From Octopus sinensis (lineage: Eukaryota), in NCBI RefSeq assembly GCF_006345805.1, contig NC_043000.1, positions 109,368,001 through 109,432,000 of the forward strand: a stretch of 64,000 bases of DNA, written 5' to 3'. The translations under genes and the position numbers were made by a program. The notes under the pieces are model-generated. The model made no database searches. It was not told where the DNA came from and was given only the letters and a program-made list of their open reading frames with translations. Position 1 is the stretch's first letter, and each line of letters starts with the position of its first letter. Below, in pieces: positions 54,022-64,000 of this stretch.

Positions 54022-54671
54022 ATTTATTGTCTTTGTACAGCATCTAACCCTGGAGATGTACTATGGTGCCAGATGCTCACTACCAGTGAACTAACTAAGG
54101 TAACACCCCTTATTTTTCGAGCGCCATCGGAGTATTCGAGTAGTTCCAAGTGCTCCATCCTTATTTCAGCCCCTATTTGTTCCATGTACTTCTCAAGAAG
54201 ACCACAACTGCTTAACCTCCCAAGCTAACTTGTTATATCTATCAGGTTTTCTTTCTTCCTTATCGCATACCTTTTTTGTCCTCTTGGCATGCTATATCTA
54301 TGATCCACAATCGTTTGATTTCTTTCTCAATTAAGACTATGTCTGGTTTCCTATTATCTATCTCATGGTCGCACTGAATCACAGAATCCCATAGGATCTT
54401 TGCATTATCATTTTCGATGATGCTTTCGGGATTATCTTAGTACCACTTTTTTGCTCTGTCAAGTCCATACTTGTTGCAAAGTGTCCAGTGGACAATCCTT
54501 GCTATATTGTCATGACGTCTCTTATATTCTTTCTGGGCTAGTTGTGTACATTGGCTGGTAATATCCCATACAGTTTCACCATTTTGTCCACAAATTCTGC
54601 ACTTATCACTTTCTGATGTGTTGTTTCTTCTGTATTTGATGTAATTCGTTCTTAATGCTTGCTCTTGGGCA
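54022..54671 (-). mobile_element. Second RLE-type LINE 3' fragment, different subfamily
   Basis: AQEQALRTNYIK, CRICGQNGETVWDITSQC, KEYKRRHDNIARIVHW and RKPDIVLIEKEIKRLWIIDIA. Confidence 0.9.
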
Positions 54672-54743
54672 GTAGTAGTAGTAGTAGTAGCAGCAGCGGC
54701 GGCGGCGGCGGCGGCGGTGGTGGTGGTGGTGGTGGTGGTGGTG

Positions 54744-54795
<52 letters not shown>

Positions 54796-54806
54796 CAGTA
54801 GCAGCA
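54671..54806. repeat. Compound (TAG)-(CAG)-(CGG)-(TGG)-(TAG) microsatellite
   Basis: Seen directly. Confidence 0.95.
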
Positions 54807-55662
54807 ATTTCTTCCGTATTCTGACCATCATTATTTTTCTTCTTGGCGTCAATTATTCTTTATTACTTGACGAGAAACTTGTGAAAAAAGACAAAATAGT
54901 CATCTATTTTTGGAGGAAGAAAAAGCCAAAATTAAGGATAGAAAATATGGCATTTAATAAAGTTTGATGTTAACAGAAGAATCTTTCCAACATTGCCTTA
55001 GACATTGCGGAACATTTATTATTTTTTTCCCTTCTATGTTATATTTACAAATTAATAACTTTCGCCAATTCAAAAGTGAGCACTGGCAAGTCCCAACATC
55101 CTAAGTGAATCATTTTTTCTTTCGCTCTCAAAACTTATTCCCTTGATGAAAGAAGAGTTAATAATTTATGGAAAACACCCAAGATTCATTACTTATCTGG
55201 ATCAAGAAATAAATATTAAAAAAAAACATAATTATTAAAACAAAAACAACTATAAAAACGAGAGCAACAAAAAAGGAATGATTTTATTGACCGAGATGTT
55301 TACGTAGAAAACATGATAATTGTTGCATCCGCATCTTCTATTTATCTGCCAGGAGCAAATTAATGCCTTCAATTGGGAATAGCCAGCCTATGAGTTTCCC
55401 TCTCAATATTAATGTCTTACGTATCTTCTACACATCCATCATTATTTTATTTTCATCTAAATCATATTTTTTCTTAAGTCTTTGCTGTTTTTTGTTTTTC
55501 TTTCTTAGCCCGCCTCTTGACATTACAGAGATACACCTCAGCTGTGAGCGATCGATCAGAGCGGATTTCTCTTGAGCTTCACTTCAAGCACTCAGCCTTT
55601 TAAAATTCAACATTCCAAAATTACCTTCTTAATGAAAGAAATATTAAAAACACTATATATAT

Positions 55663-55704
<42 letters not shown>

Positions 55705-55874
55705 ACATGTGTGTATGTGTGTGTGTATGTGTAGTATGTGTAGTATGTGTGCGCATATATATATATATACGTACACACATACAGAAATTGCATATGTGTT
55801 GAAATATATGTATGCGTGTGTCTGTATGTAATATATATATATATATATATATAATACACACACACAACACTACA

Positions 55875-55938
<64 letters not shown>

Positions 55939-57499
55939 TATACATACATATTACATATATATATTTATATATATGAATTTTTGTATGTATTTAATTAGGA
56001 AGGGATTAGTTTGTTAATCCAAATGTAATCTCCGTAAGATTTGTTGATTCCTGCACTCATGGTTCTTTCCAACGTTTATTTGTTAATCCAATGGAACTGG
56101 CGTATCGTCTTCTTCTTCTCCTTCTTCTTCTTCTTATTATTATTATTATTTTTCTTCTTCTTCTTTTCTTCTTCTTCTTCTTCTTCTTATTCTTCTTCTT
56201 CTTCTTCTTCTTCTTCTTCTTCTCCTCCTGCTGCTTATATGTCGTGACTTAAAACCGGAGACCCTAGTGATAATCGAAGTTAGACCTGAAAGTGAGTGAG
56301 ACATATTTCCACATGATTTTAGATTCCCCCCCCCCCCACACACACACTCAATAAAAAGTAAACCAAGAACCCAAGATGTCCAGCTAGCTCTGGCTTTACC
56401 GCAATATAATTCGTCAATATATGGTAGTATAGCGTCGCATTCCCAGTTTAAAAATACAGCTTTTGTACGTTTAAATGCACTGCGGGTCCAGCGGTTCCCT
56501 TTTTCACTACTAAGGCCCCGTTTCTTCCTGTTTATATTTAAATCTGTTTTTACACTGAACCCAGGCTTTGGAAAAGTATGTCTATTCTAGAAGCTGAGCT
56601 TATTGGTTTTATTAACCCTAACAATAAAGTCCTCGTTTTCCAGGTTTACCTCTAAATAAAGACACACACACATACACATACACACACACATATACACAAA
56701 TATAATGCCCACTGTATAAAGATCAGAGCCACTAATAGTTTCTTGCTATGAAGATACGTAGCTAGGCAGTTTTTTATAAAACGCCTTGAGAACCTAAGCA
56801 ATCCTCAGGCCATGAGCTTATGGTCTGTTTTATTTGAAAATGTGAACGCTGGTACATGAGAAGAAAGTGAAAAGGTTGATGCAAAAAGTGTAAGGGTGAA
56901 TAAAAACGGAAAAAGAAAAAAAAGAAAATTAGATAATTTGATCTATTTTCTTTCTTTCCTTTCTTCCGTTTTTATTTACACTTCGTCTTTTTGCATGAAT
57001 CTTCTCGTTTTTCCTTGTGGTTTCTCGTGGTTTCTCGTGGTTTTTGACTTTCAAATGGAATATACCATGTGCTCAGAGCCCGAAGATTACTCGGAAACAC
57101 AAGGAGTGTTATAAAAACCTATCAAGCTACATGTCTACTCAATAAGAAACTATTAGCCGCTCGTATCTTCATACTGTGTGCATTAAATGATATTTATCTC
57201 TCACTGGATGGTCTACAGCTTTTGTTGATCTTACATAAACGAAGCAGTAAACTATGTATGTCTATATATATATATATATATATTCATATTGTATGATAAT
57301 ACTTCAACAAGTAGAAAAACACTCAATAAGAGAGTAAAGATAATCTTAAAATTCCCTGGTCGAAATAATTTATTTATTCAGCCATTTATCAAGCTGAAAG
57401 CAAGACCGTTTGTCAGTTGTCCTTTGAGCCGATAATGCTGAAACAAGAGACACGGGTAAAGGAGAAGACAAAAAGATAAACAGAAGGGAGATAACCAAT

Positions 57500-57730
57500 G
57501 TTACAATAATTCGATGTCATGCAGACGTTGACCAGATGTTAATGGCTTACGAAGTGTCCAGTGGTCTACTTTTAAATTCAGACAAGATGTATTTCTTGAA
57601 ATTCGGACACACAGCAAAAATCTCCTTCCTCAAATTTATGCATTCGTTGGACGTTCTCAAGTGTTTCAATAGATACACTTCTTCAAGCAGACACACTGAA
57701 CAATACTCATTTCACTACCCTCCACTTTAA
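57500..57730 (+). mobile_element. Possible decayed LINE RT fragment (CR1/L2-like)
   Basis: SGLLLNSDKMYFLKFG resembles the RT-domain 'L.lN..K...l.fG' motif. Nothing else supports it. Confidence 0.3.
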
Positions 57731-58307
57731 GTATCACCACTAGACTACTCTAACCACTGAGCAACGCACCTTCACAAATGAATTTAATAGTTCTTCTCTC
57801 GTAGCGTATGGTGATGGAGATCTCTCCCTCCCTTTCTAGCTTTCTACCTCTGTCTCTCTACTTTTCTCTTTCCCCCACCCTGTTCTTCCCCCTTTTCCTC
57901 TCTACCCCCCTCTCTCTCTTTCTCTCTCTCTCTGTCTGCAGTAAACAAGCATCTGATCCGAGGCGGAAATCGGAACCGAACACGAGCTTTATGATACTAC
58001 TTAAGTATGATCCCAGAAGCATGAGCCTTAATCTGTAGTCTTTAGCCTAAGACAGGAAGAAATATTATTTCGGGTTGACATTTCCTCCAATATTTTAGCA
58101 TCATCAGTAAAAGAGAATATTCCCATTTGAGTTCTTGAAACAAATCATGACACGGATTGACGTTGCTGTTCGTCCGCCACACTTCAGCGCAACATTCTTT
58201 TTTGTAATATTTATAAAAACTATTTCTAATAATTTCAGGACACCTACAATTCCTATGCTGACGGCCTCTCCACAATAATTGCACCTCTGCATTCACTCTG
58301 CCAAAGC

Positions 58308-58351
<44 letters not shown>

Positions 58352-58808
58352 ATATACAAGCGCGGTATACTGTCACTTCAACATATGGCCTGTTTTTTTT
58401 TCATAAAAAAAACCATATTCAAGTTTCGCTAATTACAAAAGGCAACAGACCTTAGTTTACATGCTCACAAGATGTTGTTTGAGAAAACAAACCTGTTGAA
58501 AAATGTGCAGCTTTGAGAAAATAAGACTGTGTTTCTATAAAAAATATGACTGTACAACTCTCCCCTAAAACTCTGGTGATTTGTGCCGACGTTAGAAATC
58601 AATAAATAGTCGTCTTTATAGATACATACATACATACATACATACATACACACGCATACATACATTATAATTATTATTATTATTATTATTATTATATTAA
58701 TTATTATTATTATTATTATATTATTATTATTATTATTATTAATATTATTATTATTATTCAAGTCACTGCCTGGAATCTCTCTCTTCTCTCTCTCTCTGGT
58801 CCACAATT

Positions 58809-58845
<37 letters not shown>

Positions 58846-58926
58846 GTCCACAATTCTTCTCTCTCTCTCTCTCTCTCTCGCTCTATATATATATATATAT
58901 AATATATATTATATATATATAGTATG

Positions 58927-58957
<31 letters not shown>

Positions 58958-58971
58958 CATATATATGATAT

Positions 58972-59002
<31 letters not shown>

Positions 59003-59133
59003 GAGCTTCCTGATGATTTCTTTTGAATGAAACATTTCAGTCCTGTAGAAGCTCCTTCTATATAATAAATTAATTTACTCTGCTATGTATTGAGTACCTA
59101 TTTACTGTGGTTAACCCCGACTCAACCCGGGAC

Positions 59134-59180
<47 letters not shown>

Positions 59181-59239
59181 GACGGACTTCCACTCAGTTT
59201 GCGTATGCCAAATTCACCAACAAGAAATCAACTCGGTTA

Positions 59240-60118
59240 CTGTATTATTTTATTCACTTAGTTTTACATGTTTACACTTTTCTCGATTTCAGAGTCTTCT
59301 CCATTTGAAGCAATGCATCGGTCCGGTCGCGTTTTTGCCCATTCGAAGCAGAGCTGGAACTCCTGCGAAGTGATACCTTTTACCACCTCCGTCATTTTTT
59401 TTTTCTTCACCTCTTCCCCGTCTGCAAATTCCGTAGCACCAGCTTCTGTCACTAGTGATGACACTCGAAAACAGATCTGGATTAACTTCTACAGTTCTTT
59501 TGGTTCACGACACGCATTCACTCGTGACTGCTTTTGATCTTCCGTGACCAAGCGAGGCACAAATTTTGCTGCAACTCTTTTCATTCGCAATTCCACGTTC
59601 AAAATTCGTTGGGCAGCTCCAGGATACACCAGTCATATCAACAATTTCATCAATTGTTCAGTGACGGTCCTCCAAGATCAGTTCATGGATTTTCGTGATG
59701 TTTTCATTCCTTTAGGAGGTCGACGATCGTCCTGAACGAGATTGTTCTTCGAGCAACAAGTGACCATTCCTAAAGCGTGAAAACCAATCGTAAACTTGTA
59801 TTTTGTTCACGGCAGCGTCCTCGTAAGCTGTCTGAAGCATGGCAACTGCTTCGGTCGTCGTTTTTTCTCAGCAGAAAACAGAATTTCATGGAAGCATGCT
59901 GTTCCTTCGTTTCAGCCATCGTCACCGGACGAACACCGGAGAAGCACTGCAAATCAAAGATGCACCATGTGGTAGTACGACTGCAATCGTTGACGCCGGA
60001 CGGTAGACTGATGCCTGAGGGTCGCATCAAGTGGCTTCTAACGGCGGAAGCCTGGGCTACAACGAACTTTCCGGTTCCACAGAGAACGTTTCCGTTTACC
60101 TTTGGCTACCCCATCGTA
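59240..60118 (-). mobile_element. Mariner DNA transposon, internally deleted and frameshifted
   Basis: ATG at 59919. MAETKEQHASMKFCFLL / TEAVAMLQTAYEDAAVNKIQVYDWFSRFRNG / RVAAKFVPRL / VITSDRSWCYG is joined to FADGEEVKKKMTEVVKGI...RCIASNGE. One TIR-like end, TACGATGGGGTAGCCAAAGGTAAACGG, at 60118; the other was not found. Confidence 0.9.
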
Positions 60119-60651
60119 TGTATATTTTTTTTTAATGTGCGTCAGGTTTGCTAATATTTGGTCTTGCAGTGGACACATGTCGATACTGACCACTGCAAGT
60201 ATTTTCTGACTATTTGCATCAGTTTTTAGTGAAGTGAAAATATTAAGCAACCAGCGACAAATTCTTGGTATTGGTCTCCGAAATTGCATCTCCTTATTAA
60301 GAAGAATTGCCGTTTATCAGAGAACTAATAAATAATGTTCTTTCATGAAAGTAAACCCAAGCATTAAAAGTATTAAGAAATATAAAGATAGTGAAACCAT
60401 TAAACGAGTAATAAACCGTAACGTAATTGGAGGATTAAATTGGCTTAGCAAATATTTTGCATTAGTCTACATCTTTGAATACTAATGAGTAAATTCTATA
60501 GATCTGTTATTAAAGATATAAATGAGCGTTTAATATCTGAGTGGAGCGTTGAAATATATAAACGCCATTTTGAAACGGTGAATATTACTTATCCTCCTTT
60601 TCTTCACGATATACAAATCTAACATAGTGTCTGTTGGTGGACTCTCTTTCA

Positions 60652-60689
<38 letters not shown>

Positions 60690-61619
60690 TTCTTTCCCCC
60701 TCTTTCTCTCTCTCTCTCGCTCTCTCTCTCTCTCTCGAACTTACAATCTATCAAGTCTGGTATGCCTTATATTTCGGTTTATGTTCTCATATTCTCCCTT
60801 CAGCATATCAACGCCTTATTTGCTAATACCTCTATGGTTGCCAGTCTTTGTGTTGACGACAACACTTTTTATTCATTCACCTTCCACACTAACCTGAAAC
60901 CTCACCATTGTTTCCAGTGCCAGACCACAGTCATCTCTCAAGTGTCAGCCAGTCAGCTTTCCCAGCGAATACTGCAGCGCATCTGTGACGGAGCAATTGT
61001 CATATACACACTTGCATGCCTGCTGCACACACACACACACACACACACAGGACCAAGATTATATCAAAGGAAAAAACCACAAGGTGTTCTTGCTTACTTA
61101 GACATAGGTGTTCCCACTTCGGGCGACGCATGGAGCACTTTAAAGTACTCCTGCAGGATCGCACACCAGACACCCTCATTGCTTTCACAACTTTGAGTTA
61201 TTTGAAGTTTTCCAGGGACAGGGTGCTAACCTGAAAACCAACCATTTGCATTCAGAAATGGAGATTTTAAGTGGAACCATCTCTATTGATTGCCGGACCA
61301 ACGTCTACGAAATATAGTGTAGGTTGCCTTCAGTGACGGACACCTAGCAGTTGGCCTTCTTGAGACCCTTCCACTTCACCCTGCTGGTCATTACCGCAGC
61401 TCCTCCGCCTACCAAACAATGAAGTGTCAACACCGAATCCCCGTCTGCTTCAACCCGCCAACTGAGACGGTATACCGGGGTGTGGCTTTTCGAGACACAT
61501 ATGAAAGATTTAGAGAGAAAGAACGAGTGATGCTTTTAGGGAGTAGTGTGTCAGGTGCAAAGGGTTCTCTCTCTACCCACAGACCCACTATATCCTCTAA
61601 GATGTTCGACAAACGATAA

Positions 61620-61700
61620 TAAGGTGGCACGTTCTTTTCGTGTTGCTCCAGTTCACTCAGCTGTAATGATGTCAAACCAAAATGCTGGTGCATCCCTCTT
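61620..61700 (+). mobile_element. SINE family C central-domain fragment
   Basis: GTTGCTCCAGTTCACTCAGCTG matches 30380-30405 in reverse complement. Confidence 0.6.
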
Positions 61701-62392
61701 TCTCTCCCTCGGTCACATATCTGGATGTTCCACTGGCGTAAGGGTGATAGGCCGAGACAGACAGAGAGGAACAGAGAGATAGAGACAGGGAGATCAACAA
61801 AGCATAGTAAACATTACCAAGGCAAACTTGATAAATGGCTGTACCTCTAGAGTCAACTGTCGGAGCGGATTTGTCTTGTTCCATCTCTTCTTAGGCACAC
61901 ATGATTCACTCCTACTGTTTCCCTCCATCAAGTCCAACGCTAACCACTACACCCAATCTCTCCTTCTCAGGTCAGCATCCTTGGTTGAATCCTCCTGCGG
62001 GACATCTTGACTCAATGTCTGTGTCAACCCGACAATTCGGACTTAATATTTGATAGACAAGGACAGTTCAAAGGCACATCGAGTGCAAGGTACCTTTCAT
62101 GAAAACTAAATGCCTTGCCACAGAACATGTGGTATTCATACTCCTTGATGATTACATGAAGGGCACATGTCTCACTAGAATACTCATCGTCGATAGCAAC
62201 AATTATCCATGGAATTTACATGCAGAAACACACACTCACACACACACATATATATATACATATATATATACATATGTATATACATACACACATATACACA
62301 CATAAGATATATATGTGTGTGTGTGTACATCTGTGTTGATTGCAAACGTGTATATATATCTAACTATCTATCTTTCTATCTATCTTCTATCG

Positions 62393-62438
<46 letters not shown>

Positions 62439-62649
62439 ATCTATCTATCTGTCTGTCTATCTATCTATCTATCTATCTATCTATTATCTTCTATCCATCT
62501 ATCTATCTATCTATCTATTATATATATATACATATATATAATATATACAGACAGATATATATAGATATATATATATATATATATATAGATATATATATAT
62601 ATATATATATACATACATACATACATACATACATACATACATACATGCA

Positions 62650-62756
<107 letters not shown>

Positions 62757-62761
62757 ATAAT

Positions 62762-62807
<46 letters not shown>

Positions 62808-62992
62808 TAAGCAATAAAGGGTTTAGCAACGAATTGCCTTACCACATACCGAATTTAGAAATAGCAGTCAAAGAGTTATAGCTATTTCTTCTACTAAAAA
62901 GGGAGATCTCAGTAAAAACAGCAATTGGAAGGCAGACACAAACAGGTAAGAGAGAATGAATTGACGGCAATCTATCATACAATTTTAAGTTA

Positions 62993-63092
62993 TCTACGGA
63001 CGTACGTTTCGAAATCAAGTTTTTAGGAAAGCATAAGAATTAAATATTAAATAATTCTATCTTACCAAAACTTCTTTTCTCTTCAGCGCAGA
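62993..63092 (-). ncRNA. Type I hammerhead ribozyme, canonical core, long helix II (copy 1)
   Basis: TCTGCG-CTGAAGA-GAAA[~60 nt hairpin]TTTC-GAAA-CGTACG-TC^CGTAGA. 6-bp helix I, G10.1-C11.1, palindromic helix III ACGTACGT and GUC triplet. Predicted cut between 62999 and 62998. Confidence 0.88.
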
Positions 63093-63585
63093 ATACTATA
63101 ATCATAAATGATTATATATTGAATTTTGAGATACTAGAAGGCACCAACTCAACTCAGTATCAGGGCGAGCTAGAATCCGCAACTAGTATCACCAAATTCA
63201 ATGTGTGAATGAAAAGATTGTGTCACCAGCCCCTTCCCACCCGCGTGTAGCCAAAACAAGATGCTGTGGTCATCTACTGAGATAAAATATGGTTATCCGT
63301 AATAATGAAGGGTGAAATTAATTAATTTGGAATAATTATCAATTACACCAAGTAGTCTTCGGCATGTAAAAGCCTCATTCGAGGAAAATTTAAGTAATAC
63401 TAAGCAATAAAGGGTTTAGCAACGAATTGCCTTACCACATACCGAATTTAGAAATAGCAGTCAAAGAGTTATAGCTATTTCTTCTACTAAAAAGGGAGAT
63501 CTCAGTAAAAACAGCAATTGGAAGGCAGACACAAACAGGTAAGAGAGAATGAATTGACGGCAATCTATCATACAATTTTAAGTTA

Positions 63586-63685
63586 TCTACGGACGTACGT
63601 TTCGAAATCAAGTTTTTAGGAAAGCATAAGAATTAAATATTAAATAATTCTATCTTACCAAAACTTCTTTTCTCTTCAGCGCAGA
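63586..63685 (-). ncRNA. Type I hammerhead ribozyme, canonical core, long helix II (copy 2)
   Basis: Identical to copy 1. Predicted cut between 63592 and 63591. Confidence 0.88.
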
Positions 63686-64000
63686 ATACTATAATCATAA
63701 ATGATTATATATTGAATTTTGAGATACTAGAAGGCACCAACTCAACTCAGTATCAGAGCGAGCTAGAATATATATATATACACGTTTGCAAAAATCTCAT
63801 AATTTTTCACACATCTATATTCAATATTCACACACGCTCACTATACATATCTACGTACATGTACGCACATGCATATATGTATGCATACATATATTTGCAT
63901 ATATGCATAAATATGTATATATATATATGTGTGTATTTGTGTGTGTGTGTGTGTGTATGTATACTTATATCAATGTATATGTATATACGGATGTAAGAAC

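Larger units (their letters stand above)
62804..63769 (-). mobile_element. Retrozyme-like / PLE pseudo-LTR element: 372-bp direct repeat + 221-bp spacer + 372-bp direct repeat, between (TA)n tracts
   Basis: 62807 aligns to 63400 and 63176 to 63769 (period 593). I saw one substitution (CAGGGCG vs CAGAGCG). Each repeat holds an HHR and there is no credible ORF. Confidence 0.85.

Noticed and set aside
58765-58880. GTCCACAATTCT repeated between (CT)n tracts, superficially repeat-spacer like
   Set aside because: Two copies from a local slippage duplication. This is a eukaryotic context with no unique spacers or cas genes, so it is not CRISPR.
60900-62060. Complex sequence that may be LINE-derived
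   Set aside because: No motif strong enough to assign a family.

Overview
AT-rich, microsatellite-saturated eukaryotic non-coding DNA. The SINE/LINE repertoire looks like an Octopus genome; this is my recognition of the repeat families, not a database result. I found no host protein-coding exon, rRNA, true tRNA or CRISPR array, and most ORFs in the supplied track are translations of simple repeats. The window holds many tRNA-derived SINEs (at least 4 families), RTE-clade LINE fragments, three restriction-like-endonuclease (RLE) LINE 3' fragments, an internally deleted mariner, two microsatellite-bounded tandem duplications and a 100-N gap. The most notable signal is a set of (TA)n-flanked non-coding elements carrying minimal type I hammerhead ribozyme (HHR) motifs with palindromic helix III, probably related to Penelope-like elements (PLEs) or retrozymes. 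The best case is 62804-63769: two near-identical 372-bp direct repeats, each with a fully canonical HHR and an unusually long helix II, with cleavage sites 593 nt apart. Other HHR motifs lie in fold-back palindromes (47701-48635, 34179-34791, 31991-32082) and include a recurrent U4C core variant. Also notable is an RTE copy with a twin-priming-type 5' inversion and three C-terminal C2H2 zinc fingers (41997-42650).
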